From: Nanobdellati archaeon | Lineage (GTDB): Archaea > EX4484-52 > GLR71 | Direction of reading: 5' to 3' | NCBI GenBank assembly: GCA_019429125.1 | Contig: JAHYJO010000005.1 | Location: 1 to 63,862, forward strand | DNA length: 63,862 nt | In this document: positions 51,801-62,400 of the stretch, in pieces | Layout of the letters: the number at the start of each line of letters is the position of its first letter | Numbering within the stretch: position 1 is the stretch's first letter | Notes under the pieces: model-generated | Database searches by the model: none | What the model was told of the DNA's origin: nothing | The model's input: the letters and a program-made list of their open reading frames with translations, nothing else | Translations under genes and position numbers: made by a program

Positions 51801-54800
51801 TACAGAACTTGACCCAATTTCAGTGTTATTGAAATACCAAGTGCAAGTATAATTGGTTGTATTAATTGTTGTAGCAGTCACATCTATGTTATATTCATCA
51901 GTTAGTTGTGCACTAAATGTTATAGTTGTATCTCTCAATATACTTTCATTGCTGTAGGGTGCCACAACGCCTATACTGACATTACCTTTGACATTGACAG
52001 TATAATTGGTAGTATTTAGCAGATTATAATATTTTGAGTCAATTGATACATTCCAAATCTGACCACCGACAGAATAATTACTGTTCAGATCAAAATTAGA
52101 ACTGCAATAACCTGTACTGTTTACATTATTCATATTATATAATGTCTTATTAATTCCATCTTTACTGACATATACTGCGCAACTGATACCATCTATATTT
52201 ACAGGGACACCAACTGTGGTATCATTAAATATCACTTCAATTCGTGTTGAATCATTTTCTCTGTATACAATAGAATCATTTCCAAACACACTGGATACAG
52301 TGACATTATGTTTTACAATTACTGGTCCTGAATAGTCACTTGTATTTTTCTTACTGTGTATTTTATATCCTGTTGAATTAAAATCAAAATATTCAAACTT
52401 GTATGAATTTGCGGCCAAAACCCACTCTTTAGTTGACTCTATATTGTTAAATTCAACCAGACCCTCACCATTAACAGTTATCGTGCCTTTATCAGTCCAA
52501 CTATCATTTATTGTCACCCACAATGTAACATTGACAGAGTCTCCATCGCTGTCGTTGACATATATGGAATAATTGAATAGGTCTCCCCAGATTCCAGATT
52601 CAGCAGTCACATTTGCATCTGTCATATTCGTTTCAAGATTAAGTGCTGCCTTGACTATATATCTTGTAGATGTGCCTGCAGTAATATTTGGTTGTATCCA
52701 TTTAACAAAGTCATAGATACCATTATCATTTGTATCATTTTTACATGCCGAAAACCCAAGCGCCAACGAAGTGTCCATAGTGGGGCAAGCCGTTGCCGGT
52801 GTAATATCAAACTCAGTCTGCCCCCATATGACACTTATTTTTATATCTCCATGAACTTCAGGGTCACTATCATCTATTGTAGCATTTGCAGTTATAGCTG
52901 TAAATAAGCTAGAGCTATATATTATTTCATTTCTAATTGTTACATTTTTGATAGCATCAAAATTATCAGTATAATATGTCTTTAAAACACCAGACTCATT
53001 TATAGTTATTGGTATCTCAAATCTCATACGATTATCCCAGAGAACTTTAGATATTGTTTCCTGCGCATCCACATCAAAAGTTTTAGACGTGATATCACAA
53101 TAATTGTAATCTTTTATTGTAACATTTACATATTCCTCATCAAAACCGCAGATTGTGGCAGTATCATTAATTTTTATGTATCTGACAATCATCCTTATAG
53201 TAGGGTTATCAAATGTGATATTTTTTCCTTGCGATACTATAGATTCATTTACGGAGATGCTATCTGTCCGTGACCAGTAATCTATTATCTCATAATCAAT
53301 AAAATTAGATGCATTATAATCGTAGCTGATATTTATTGAAGACAAATTAAGGTATCCTCTAGACTCATTATTTAATGCATATATCTTTGATGGTATATTA
53401 CAAAGATCTGTTGCGCAAGTACTATCAATATAAGTGTTAAAGTTATTACTGATATTTGCATTAACATCATCTAATTTTTCAGTTGACCTAAGCCGTCCAT
53501 CACCTGTAGTATAGTTCCAATCATATTTGTCATCAGAATTTATGTCAATAGTAACATTAGTTGGGAAACTGTCGTAGTTTAGTACATATAAGTATCCACT
53601 ACTGGTACTTCCAACAACATCATATATGTTTGTACCATTACTTGATATCACAATTCCGTGTGTAACTGAACTTACAACCCAATCCGTTAAATATTCGAGT
53701 ATGATATCTCCCGTAGAATTTAATACATATATGTACTTATTATCTGCGCCGATAATGATTTCATTTCCATCATATATATCACTAAATTCTCCAATATCTA
53801 CAGATAATATTTGTGTATCTCCATGGATTGTAAAATTCCAAAGTTCATCAAGAGTAGAATTTAATATATAAAGGGTTGAATTTTGAGTAGCAACCGCAAT
53901 TTCATATCCAAAGTCCTCATTAATATCACCAATTGCAATGTCCCAAACATTACTATCTTTGGTCCAATTATCTATTTCAGAACCGGTTTTGTTTAGCACA
54001 TATATTTTTCCGCTATAAGTAGCTACGACGATTTCCATATCTGTATCTTGATTAATGTCTGCGATTTCAAGCGCATTAATACTACTGTCTGCTGAAAAAG
54101 TCCATACAACATCTTTACTTGAATTTATAAGGTAAACGGATGGGTCTGTATCAGCACTACCGAAAACAATTTCATTTCCTACATCAGATATAATATCTCC
54201 TATGGCTACACTTTTACCTGTTCCTGGTGGGCTAAATGTCCATAGCAAAGAACCAGTATTATTATAAAGCATCATACCTGAACCTTCTTCTGCTGTAATG
54301 ATTTCATTTCCGGGGTCTGATGTAAAATCACCTGTTATTATATCGTGTCGATTATAGTTGGGTATTGTTGCAGGCATATCCCATATCAGTATATTTGTGG
54401 AACTTATAAGTCTTAAATTATTAACTGTGTTGTGGAGTCCTAAAATCATTTCATTTCCAGGATAATTTGGGTCTATGTCATCAATCACGACCGCTAATAT
54501 CTCTAAACCCGTATAATAAATAATTGGATATATCTGCCCAGTAATATCTATCGTTGATGAAGTCACATTTGCCGTTTTAGGTAAACTTATCTCAAAAGTA
54601 ACATAATTATTTAAATCAAACAAGAACAATTCACTATAAGCAGTATCATTCAATTGATTCTGTTCATAACTCAAAACAGGATTATCAAGATCTAATTCAA
54701 AAGTTTTCTGGTTTGTAAATGCATTATTGTATGCTTGTGCCTTATTACCAAAGACAAATTCAATTGTATGTTTTCCAGTAGACCATACATCACTTATGAG

Positions 54801-55193
54801 TTTACCTTCTCCATAATTCCAATAAGTACTTATAGAATCATCTGTCATCCCAGATAGAAGTTTTACCCAATTATTTTGATTATCTATATTATTGTCCTTA
54901 TAATACATAGAATTAAATGAGACTTCACCAGGATTAAAATTATCAATTTGTAAAAGACCAGTGCCTGTAGTATTAAATAATACTATCCAAGTACCACCAA
55001 CTTCCGGTGTAGAATATTGATTTATAATGTCTATTGTCTGAATCTCGTAAGGCTGACTATAATGGTAGGGTGTTGGACTATTTATTGCTACGCTCCCAGT
55101 AGTGAATCCTATCATAATGAGTGCAATGATAAATACTATAGCTAATATGAGGTGTGTAGTCCTTTTCGTAATGTTGCTATTTGAAATATCCAT
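45876..55193 (-). CDS. Giant (3105 aa) surface protein with TM helix and C-terminal cytoplasmic HerA/FtsK-type (DUF87-like) ATPase
   Basis: N-terminal signal, FG-GAP repeats (AIGDIxxDxGxEI), Ig-like array, CGNDVCETGENSVNCPIDC and TM WSIIILSLLVVGYYG. The ATPase follows: HLLVAGSTGSGKS, VVVFDP, IIVLDEVHR, REFRKWGIGLIMISQ. Confidence 0.9.
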   Translation of the reverse strand: MDISNSNITKRTTHLILAIVFIIALIMIGFTTGSVAINSPTPYHYSQPYEIQTIDIINQYSTPEVGGTWIVLFNTTGTGLLQIDNFNPGEVSFNSMYYKDNNIDNQNNWVKLLSGMTDDSISTYWNYGEGKLISDVWSTGKHTIEFVFGNKAQAYNNAFTNQKTFELDLDNPVLSYEQNQLNDTAYSELFLFDLNNYVTFEISLPKTANVTSSTIDITGQIYPIIYYTGLEILAVVIDDIDPNYPGNEMILGLHNTVNNLRLISSTNILIWDMPATIPNYNRHDIITGDFTSDPGNEIITAEEGSGMMLYNNTGSLLWTFSPPGTGKSVAIGDIISDVGNEIVFGSADTDPSVYLINSSKDVVWTFSADSSINALEIADINQDTDMEIVVATYSGKIYVLNKTGSEIDNWTKDSNVWDIAIGDINEDFGYEIAVATQNSTLYILNSTLDELWNFTIHGDTQILSVDIGEFSDIYDGNEIIIGADNKYIYVLNSTGDIILEYLTDWVVSSVTHGIVISSNGTNIYDVVGSTSSGYLYVLNYDSFPTNVTIDINSDDKYDWNYTTGDGRLRSTEKLDDVNANISNNFNTYIDSTCATDLCNIPSKIYALNNESRGYLNLSSINISYDYNASNFIDYEIIDYWSRTDSISVNESIVSQGKNITFDNPTIRMIVRYIKINDTATICGFDEEYVNVTIKDYNYCDITSKTFDVDAQETISKVLWDNRMRFEIPITINESGVLKTYYTDNFDAIKNVTIRNEIIYSSSLFTAITANATIDDSDPEVHGDIKISVIWGQTEFDITPATACPTMDTSLALGFSACKNDTNDNGIYDFVKWIQPNITAGTSTRYIVKAALNLETNMTDANVTAESGIWGDLFNYSIYVNDSDGDSVNVTLWVTINDSWTDKGTITVNGEGLVEFNNIESTKEWVLAANSYKFEYFDFNSTGYKIHSKKNTSDYSGPVIVKHNVTVSSVFGNDSIVYRENDSTRIEVIFNDTTVGVPVNIDGISCAVYVSKDGINKTLYNMNNVNSTGYCSSNFDLNSNYSVGGQIWNVSIDSKYYNLLNTTNYTVNVKGNVSIGVVAPYSNESILRDTTITFSAQLTDEYNIDVTATTINTTNYTCTWYFNNTEIGSSSVNTNGLCTYNWNPDCSYITLGDYGVNVTINNIVPFNYTLDYNDDYDVRLTDNIAITIYTPSDNQQFYKGDEIKLNSSATDGCDTQEQNTYAINWYTVNKVIALNITEISSRNITDRPVIIKASDLESYDVNVSSWKINSTRLNYIDQDTEINVPIQIQNISIGQKYMNSYSEIVFLINMSANESQSYMLYLDEQNPNPYVEYKLSFIRNNDFSNNSTEYWTGDGTATYVGNISVLSISALSNTKNVSQTLFEPILSEYVKIRYRQSFRYQSEYANVSLIIGDYICDLNNFTELEDISWKTKICNDAQINGSTNINITIVDEGNGESTDIDIDYICISDINGTCINSIVSSDISVDYDTKTSAGSGNTTWTSFMNHSVGSQKIIAYATGPYYVLDKEYVNVNIFGFSQISDITVSSSSCSEDGLRCFLDSTVNITCNVSDANISTSIFNYSVGFYDNLTFLGTTNTNYDGIATYTWVDSTSIIGSHPIVCNISDVPDLYYNISQNWSDTVNVSFSDDKTSGQLRINSSYLSAKNITHDWNATLNISVLINNTGDFDMFNPTILFFEKTGFVTASNKCKSITPSGNCTTNIIINITQYATLGNNTLNFTLIWDNNNTDFSNESIVIDVLHTTYLKIIDVQIDSSEISYGDIKTLGNVTISAFGNTPLYNISLNTTGGNSSIINDWLNYSGNNFDIDFYDNLTITVNITVPENKSLMGNYWTYIIANDTESLCMGDYDFCSDMILINITIKDVDWKVVVEDYDVVAGKGGPTEIGKFKPVTIFNMLNHNFTFIINITGNGSSYITTNITINGTVSQIISEDNYTIPANFTGILDIYYNVSEASLGKHDINITITSNDTTLVPEFVNEVLSLDVSALSIDITYPTESLQAGPVNSSHNITIYVDAEYNYMKITDSNKINWSINVSGLPCLYEGATIFNFPYVGTTYDYELQCNAPLIDGNKINNTLKVTGYYAIDNSTMMIFTAEQANAVKYDDIMPPTINSITLNVSDSEGNIDWNDNINLINVLVNVTDNTGISQVLANVTYPDASVMPYSLTLVSDDIWTFDLITTNQIGDYKIDISANDSAHGLVSSTVNETTGYFDVYTDLEFSGVLKDTNDDFITGDFQLYKNGTDWAIHDFSVGVNGTYKWDIHKRIYDIKIYNLWDAKHSIKLRDVNISTIMQNQHNDSNATNVTDVFKLDLVTLNDSLDIGQITLPTTAPDAGQDPLLALGIYIPYINYTSAEITLNYTQGLLDIGHTISEDYLRIYKCSEWNMTTRSCATDFVKYGNVALDTKLNTITFNITSTSAYAIAEWCRGTTCGYIADPPSPSSSGGGSSPARSVCGNDVCETGENSVNCPIDCKSITEFFSVDSNIGNIFLTPGENKTYNLSIQNLLNTSQLVNISVLGEIIDYINFSKVTLELKASENRIVNLYVSAEDTAVPGTYYGTLIFDSINQTTRVPVALKITSTSSMLQEMDIKIQLITKKIRPYEDIKFNIIFSNLAKNKGFNVTLDYIVKNSKTEEIIKVVNETIFLTESITLRKTLSLADINTVGLGEYYLEVLATYGDTTITQKSSVDTFEVVLTFWETTMGNRVKWSIIILSLLVVGYYGRIRYIRYKHRNERYIQPVNYSLLPGKTNDSFCVGKISETDRKSYFNPKDLTTHLLVAGSTGSGKSVAASVIVEEALEHNIPVVVFDPTVQWTGFMKPCKDDFILNRYSQFGMDPRYRRSYKGVIEEVTDPNIQVDFKKYMNPGEITVFTLNKLKTGEYDIAIRSIIKTLFAQTWEESTELKMIIVLDEVHRLLEKYGGSGGYTEVEKACREFRKWGIGLIMISQVSSDFKEAISGNVLTEIQLNTKSLSDIEKWKNKYGLDFANRISRQGIGVGMIQNPKYNNGKPWFISFRPTWHSPHKILNEDLDKYKDFSEKLEKIESMIEGLKNKNINTGDFELELKLAKNKLKQGRFRIAEIYISSLMEHLKRYKP

Positions 55194-55504
55194 AGAATCT
55201 CACATAAGAATCATAATCAATAATATAGTATACTTTATTAGTACTTATTCGCGATGTTTATATTTATTCAAGATGTATATATATAGATTGTATATGTCTA
55301 TCAACTTAAAAGCCATTATCCTATCAAATTTACATCAATTTTTTTAGGATTCATATGAATCTATATTAATGTCATCTGCACAAATATTCCTATCAATAAC
55401 TAGTATATATAAAAACCAGTAATAATTGTTAGTATGATTGGTAGCAAAACACATCTGTCTTATATAAGGCGAGTTGCAGAAAAATATAGTATGTGGGTTT
55501 ATCT

Positions 55505-58500
55505 ATGAAAAATAAAATTGTAAACAATAATCTCGTGGTCTTATTCATCGTACTGTGTACATTATATTTATCCTTTAATTCAGCTTTTGCATTAATAGAA
55601 AACCCCACGGCTTATATAAATGAAGAAGTGACCTATTATTATAATACTGATGGTTCAGTATCTTATTTTATTCCTCCTGTGGGTAATGTGGAAGTAGAAG
55701 TATCAAACACGCATGATGTTCTTCAATACTTAAAATTAAATCTATCAAATGCAGAGCTTGCCTACACAAATATACTTTCAAACACAGCTTATGCCTCTGT
55801 TGCAGCATCAACTAGTATTGGTGCTAAGACCCGAATGTTATTAAATACTGATAATGGTCCAAAAGATGTAAGTTACAAGATCACAAATTCAAATATTGTT
55901 CCCGTAATAGGTTTAACCTTCAATTACCAAAATGTTGATGGTGGCTCTGATTTATCTGCAGGTAAAACTAATACTTTGCGTTTTAATATCTTTATTGATT
56001 CAACAAAAGATCTTAATGATGTCACTCTTTATTTTAAAATACCAATAAACATTAATGGGTCAAATGATGCTGCCAATCTTTATAGTCCAAGTGTTGCAGA
56101 TGGCACTATCACAGTTTATGATTCAGATGGTGATAAAATTGATGATTCTTTGGTCTGGCGGGGGAATTTGACTGTTGCAGGTCTAAATCTCTATGTGTAT
56201 GCAGACACGACTCCAGGCATAAATTTTGATGATGCTTCGTATTCACTTGATCTCATGTGTACCTCTTGTGTGTATGCAATTAATTATGGTCCGACATTTA
56301 CAGGACTTTCTTTTTCAAATCTGTTTTCAAGAGGTCCAATAAATAATGGGATTTATATCATGTTTCAGAATGAGACCTACGTTAGGGGTTTTATGAAAAA
56401 TATTGCAAGGGGTTTAAATTATGCAGTTGATGGTTGGAAACTATATAATATAAGTAATTTTGATACACCTATAATATCTGATTCAACACCATTTATCCTT
56501 TATCCTAATGATATGTATAACACTGATTTTTATAAGGTAACAAATGCTTCTGAAAAATATTTTACAGTGGCTTTTGATTGGGGTATAATATGGAACCCCT
56601 CTGTATATACAGGTACTACTAGGAGTTTTATAGATTTGCCAACAATATATGAGGGTGATATAAGTTTAGGTAAATCGTCAACTCATAGTTTGTCTGACAA
56701 TAATGTATCTGTTGTTGTTGCAGGTACTTATGTAGGTAATGAAAATCTTGAAATACGTTCAGTCTCAATAAATTCTATAATTCCTCATCAATCTGAAGGT
56801 GGAATAGTTCATGTATGGGATGTGATTGATTGGTCTGATATTGTTGTATATCATATTAATTCTTCAGGTAATAAAACACAAATAGTTGTTACTGAAGATA
56901 TGGTAGTTTTACAGATTCCAAATGCGACTGATGATGGTTTTATGTATCTAAATATAGATAATATCTCTCAAAAAACAGGTTATTATCTAACTTTGAATAA
57001 CGATATACAGATAACTTATAATCTCTCAACAACTCCTTTGGATACTCAAAATATTTTTTCATTCAACACAACTGTCATTGCAAAAACTTTATCTGGAACT
57101 CCTATACTCAGAACTATAGTAGAAAATGTGACCTTGTATGGCGAAGGTATTGTTTCAGAACCTCCTAGTGGTGGTGGCTCTCCAGGTGGTGCGGGTGGTT
57201 CTCCCCCTCCTCCAGAACGTGTGATTGAGCTTGTTAAGGCTGCTGTAAAATTAAATCTTATTGATTCTAATACTGCTGATATATCCGGCACATATAAGCT
57301 TATAGACCCCGAAGATATTGGTATAAACGATATGGTAATTCTGTTAGATATACCCGAGGACGCATTAATATTTAATCCTCAATCCATTGAGATTATGCGA
57401 TATGATTCAAAATTGGGTTATTGGGTTGATTTCGATGACAAAAATATAATCCTTGAGAAAGACTATGCTTATGTATCTGGTAAAGTTTTTTTTCAGATTA
57501 ACATAAATAATTATGGTGTTAAGGGTAGTGGTCCAATATTGAAGGATGATGATCTTTTGAAAATAAGTTATGTTCTGACATTACCTTATGGTTCCTATGA
57601 TCTGGTGTTGCGTGCACAGATACCTGTAACAACTACAAGTACTCAAAGTGGTCTAAAAGAGACAGATATACACATTCCTATAAGGATAACAAATGATGTT
57701 GGTCTAGCAGAATCGCTTATAATCACTGAAAGCCAATTTGAGGTTGAAAATATTTATGTTGGTATCTCTCCTGTATGGACAAAGACTATCGAGGTACATA
57801 ATCCAAACGCATATTCTATGAGTCATACATTTGATATTGAGATTTTACCTGATTTTTTAAATGTTAACCTTACTACTGCAGGTACTCCTATAATTAATTC
57901 AATAAAAAATGTAGATGGCAATCTTACTGTCGGATGGAAAGAGACGTTTAAACAAAATGAGACAAAGACCTATATATTAAATATCACTACTGCTCCTGTA
58001 ATACGGACTTTAGAGAATTATACAGTCCTTGAAGCAACTGAGGAGAATGTACGCATGCTTGCGACAGTGCGACTTACAAATCCAAGTGGGACTGATTATG
58101 GGAATGTAACCTTCTTGTATATTGGTGACCTAGATATAATTGATGTATCTGATAGTGATGGAAATACACTAGATTTTATTGTAACTGATGAAGCGACAAC
58201 AATAATAGTCCCATTGATAAAAAACAATTCTTCTGAATACATATTGATAAAATATTATGATTACTCTGATGTTTTGGTGGTAAGTCTTGATAAGCTGGTA
58301 TATACGCCAGGTGATACAAAATATAATATTTTATATGTTCCATCACGGGACGAAAAAACAATAAGTATTAGTGTTGAAGTATTGGGTTCTGCATCTTCAA
58401 AAGCATTCACCACAACATACGCAGATGTTATAATACTTGAAAATATATCTCGCCATAATGAAGTCAATATATTTGATACCTTGAAATTCAGTCCATTGTC

Positions 58501-58735
58501 TTCTGGAGTCCATACAATTTTTGTACAGGTATATTCTAAAGACCGGCTTATAGGGGAAGATTCAGAGACGTTCACTGTATCGGTAGATTACGATAAAAAT
58601 AGTTATTCAATAAATAGCTATACTCTTTCAATTCTAGTTATTTTGATAATGTCTTTAATCTTGTTACGGATTTATAAGAAAAGAGGGTTCAATGATAGTC
58701 TTAATGCTCTTAAGAGAAGATTAGATACAGTTTGA
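55505..58735 (+). CDS. Large secreted, C-terminally anchored protein (1080 aa), paralog of 59498-62824
   Basis: Signal peptide, DVLQYLKLNLS, FSRGP, FDW, LPTIYE, a Gly/Pro linker, and a C-terminal TM with basic tail. Confidence 0.82.
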   Translation: MKNKIVNNNLVVLFIVLCTLYLSFNSAFALIENPTAYINEEVTYYYNTDGSVSYFIPPVGNVEVEVSNTHDVLQYLKLNLSNAELAYTNILSNTAYASVAASTSIGAKTRMLLNTDNGPKDVSYKITNSNIVPVIGLTFNYQNVDGGSDLSAGKTNTLRFNIFIDSTKDLNDVTLYFKIPININGSNDAANLYSPSVADGTITVYDSDGDKIDDSLVWRGNLTVAGLNLYVYADTTPGINFDDASYSLDLMCTSCVYAINYGPTFTGLSFSNLFSRGPINNGIYIMFQNETYVRGFMKNIARGLNYAVDGWKLYNISNFDTPIISDSTPFILYPNDMYNTDFYKVTNASEKYFTVAFDWGIIWNPSVYTGTTRSFIDLPTIYEGDISLGKSSTHSLSDNNVSVVVAGTYVGNENLEIRSVSINSIIPHQSEGGIVHVWDVIDWSDIVVYHINSSGNKTQIVVTEDMVVLQIPNATDDGFMYLNIDNISQKTGYYLTLNNDIQITYNLSTTPLDTQNIFSFNTTVIAKTLSGTPILRTIVENVTLYGEGIVSEPPSGGGSPGGAGGSPPPPERVIELVKAAVKLNLIDSNTADISGTYKLIDPEDIGINDMVILLDIPEDALIFNPQSIEIMRYDSKLGYWVDFDDKNIILEKDYAYVSGKVFFQININNYGVKGSGPILKDDDLLKISYVLTLPYGSYDLVLRAQIPVTTTSTQSGLKETDIHIPIRITNDVGLAESLIITESQFEVENIYVGISPVWTKTIEVHNPNAYSMSHTFDIEILPDFLNVNLTTAGTPIINSIKNVDGNLTVGWKETFKQNETKTYILNITTAPVIRTLENYTVLEATEENVRMLATVRLTNPSGTDYGNVTFLYIGDLDIIDVSDSDGNTLDFIVTDEATTIIVPLIKNNSSEYILIKYYDYSDVLVVSLDKLVYTPGDTKYNILYVPSRDEKTISISVEVLGSASSKAFTTTYADVIILENISRHNEVNIFDTLKFSPLSSGVHTIFVQVYSKDRLIGEDSETFTVSVDYDKNSYSINSYTLSILVILIMSLILLRIYKKRGFNDSLNALKRRLDTV

Positions 58736-58863
58736 TGTTTGTTATTATCTATTAATCTCTATTAATCTCTATTATAATCTATTATTGTATATTATTGAGT
58801 ATCATTCAAAAATGGACTTCATATATCATATATAATTCTCAGCGTGATTTAAATTACAATAAC

Positions 58864-59385
58864 GTCACAGTTCATTTTTTGAGTGATTTCAAACAAAATG
58901 TAGTTAATTAAATACCTTCATTTCTTTTGTAATTTGACGTGAAATGTGTATATTAAATGGATTTCTGCAGGAGTTTATAAACAAACAATAGAGGACTTGG
59001 AATAACTCCTTATTTTTTTATTAAGTCTCATTTTTTGAATAAATATAAAATTTATACATAGTTTATCCTAATTTTCACATCAAATCTTGTCATTTTTCCT
59101 TATTTCTCCTCATATTTTGTTACAAATTATATAGCTCTCGCTAGGTTCTTATTGTCTTGTGTAACTAAATTATAGAGATTATATGCGACACATTTAAACA
59201 TTTCTTTTATTGAAACTCGTTCAATTCGTTTAACCCTAGTTCTTTCGCCATTAAACACCCTTTTTATTACAGAGAACGGTCTTTCTCCAAGTGCTCTTTT
59301 TTTTGAAATTCTATAATTTCTACGTTTTTCTCTAACTGTCAATATTTAAAACATATTCAAAATCACTCACTTTTTGAACAGTGCC
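58864..59385. mobile_element. Second MITE copy, interrupted by a ~350-bp IS5-like fragment
   Basis: 58864-58990 and 59340-59385 match the 44060 element. The insert at 58991-59339 is flanked by CAATA on both sides. Confidence 0.8.
59127..59342 (-). pseudogene. C-terminal fragment of IS5-family transposase
   Basis: RNYRISKKRALGERPFSVIKRVF...AYNLYNL matches the R-x3-E-x6-K signature. Confidence 0.75.
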
Positions 59386-59497
59386 GATAACCTGTGGTAT
59401 TTATATAGTAGGAATGATAAAATAAAAATGTCAATAGTATTAAGCATTAATATTAATGTTATTTGCTTTTAATAATTGTTGTTTGCAGGTGATCGAT

Positions 59498-62400
59498 ATG
59501 GATAAGTTTAAAAAATGTATTTTGGTTATGCTCTTTAGCATATGTTTCTTATTTGGCACTGTTTCAGGTGTAGTCGGTCCGCGAATATTTATAACTGAAA
59601 CTGTTTTAGGTGGCAATCCTACTTATACTGCAGGTGATGCTGGTGCAGGTGGAGGTGGTGGTTTTGGTTATACTAATCCCGTAACACGTACAGGTAATGT
59701 ATATGTGTATGTCCCAAACACAGTTGATGTTTTGCAATATGTGCGGGTGAATCTGTCATCTGAAGCCAGCTCTCGTGCAGACATCGAGACTTGGACCATG
59801 GCTGGCGACAAATATAGTGGTGGATACACAGCCTATAAGAATTACGCATTATCTTATCCGACATTAGCTTCTAGTACCTCAATGTTCTTGAACACAAGTG
59901 GTGATGGTGATACGACTGACGATGATTTGAGTTATCTACCCGATTATGACTGGGCACCTTCTTTAAATCTTACAATGACTGTAGTAAACACTGCAGGTGG
60001 TGATGATCTTTATTCAAGTGATAACTTAGCATCTGGCACAAACATAATGAACTATACATTCACAATAAGAAATGATGCGGGTTCAGGTGGTATAACCTTA
60101 AACGGTGTAGACTTTACAATATTGTTTGATACAGATACTAATGGTGGTTCAGATGCATTAAATATCACCGCAAGTACAATAACAACAACTGGTGGTGGCA
60201 CTTCAACAGAATCGAGCAGTGATGGTGCTGATGGTTATATTGATAAAATTGCTTGGAATGGCAACATTGCAGCAAACACAACAATCACAATATCATTTAA
60301 TGCGACTATAATAAGTGGTATAAATTATCTTGGTACTTCAAATGAAATAAACCTTAACGGTGAAACAGGAACTACAGGTGCACGAGCAGAATACACAAGT
60401 AATGCACTTATGACAGGCATCACAGTAACTGGCGAATTTTCAAGAGGCCCCGTAAGAGAAGGTGTTGACCTTGTAAGTGCTACTCCTTGGCAGATAAGAG
60501 GTTTCTTCAAGAATACTGCGACCTCTTCTGCGACAGGAAATCTTACATATAATGTTACAACTGCGGAGATTTATACAGTAAATCCAACTACTGGTCTTCC
60601 GATTACACCTGCAAATCTATCCAATACTTGGAATTATCTATCAGTCCCAGGCATGCAGAATTATACTGCGTATACTGATGGACCTAGTGATGATTCAAAA
60701 CCATATATGGCTGCATCATTTGACTGGTATGTCATGTGGAATGATACAAACAAGTATACATATTCTTCAATAATAAACACATCTATGCAATTACCTACAC
60801 TTTATGAAATCGACATGGATTATTCAAAGAAAATATCTGGTACATTAGCACCTGCGATTCCAGATATAGTTATAACACTTAATGATACTATAAAAAATAC
60901 AGGTAATTCAAACAGTCAGGTTGATGCAGATAACATAACACTGATTGCACAGATTCCAAGATATGCTGATGGAACGAATAATTACAGGAACTTTACAATA
61001 AATACAAGTTCAATAAAAGTATATCTTAATGATACTATTGCTAATTTCGAACTTGACCAATCTGATTTTACTGTAACAACAGTTCAGTCAAGTGAAAATA
61101 ACAATGGTACAATAACAGTAAATATAAATGACTTAAGCACTGTCACTTATGTAGTTGGTGGAAGTCCAGTAGGTCGTGACTTAAAAGGTGCCAATGTTGA
61201 TTCAATTATTATATCCTATAATGTAATTACTGCAGCGCCTTTATCTCTAAATGGCGAAACTTTTTCATTCACAGGCAATGCAACATTAGTCTCCCAATCT
61301 GGAACAACATTGACAGAAGCACCAGTTGCACCTATGTATTTAAGTGCAAGTCAGAACTCATTGAGTGGTTATAAAGAATTATGGATTTCAAACCCAGCCG
61401 TACCAACAATTGTTAATGCAATAATCAATGTAAGTATTGTAGGGACTGTTAATGACATAAAATTCATGGATTACATCCCTGCAGACATCTCATTTAGTAT
61501 CGCAGGAAATAGTGTGATTGTTAAAAAAGGCGCTACAACTCTTGTCAATGGCACAAATTATTACCTTGAATTCATAGGTTACACAATCTTAAGTGACGGT
61601 CTAAACGTCAGTGTATGGGAATATAGACTAGATGCATTGAATGGTTGGGATCTAACTAATGATTATATCCAGGTTGGATATGAGATGGATATATCGACCG
61701 GTGGTGTCTACACATTACCTGTACAGATAGCAGCATTCGACCCAATTGTGGGTAAAGGCATAAGTACTGCCAACATGGGCGTTGTCCAAGTTTACATCCC
61801 AAAAACTCTAGAACCATTGGATGTGACTGATGATGGAACTTTCCAGCTTGCAAAATCAGTCATCGTAGGTACTCCTGCATTATGGATAAAGAATTTCGAA
61901 GTTCAGAATTCTAATGCACGATCAACAGAAGCACGATTTACAACATCCATATTTGAAGACACAATAAATGCATATGCAACATATTACGATATGGGTGGTG
62001 CAAAAGTTGAAGAGTCATTAGATATAGATACAACAAATGACGGAACTGAAGCATTCTGGAACTCAAAAATATATGCAATGGAATCAAGACTATATACTAT
62101 AAGTATTACTACACCTCCTGTAATAAACATTGACAAGACTACTGAAGTTGTAGAAAAACTTGATAACAAAAGGGTATTGGTCAAGACTGACATATTCCTT
62201 AAAAACTTAGCAAAAGCGAAATATACAAACATAAAGCTAAATACTGGAATCGGTGCAGATAACATAGTTTCAGTACAGGACTCATTCGGCAATGACTTAG
62301 AATTCAAAGGTGGCGAGGCAACTTCAACAGTAGTTATACCTGCGATGGAAGGCGAAGGATTAGCAACAGTAACTATCATATATGAGCAGGCTTATCCTAC

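Noticed and set aside
58745-58785. Short ATTAATCTCT tandem repeat
   Set aside because: Only two exact copies in very AT-rich intergenic DNA, so it is probably slippage noise.
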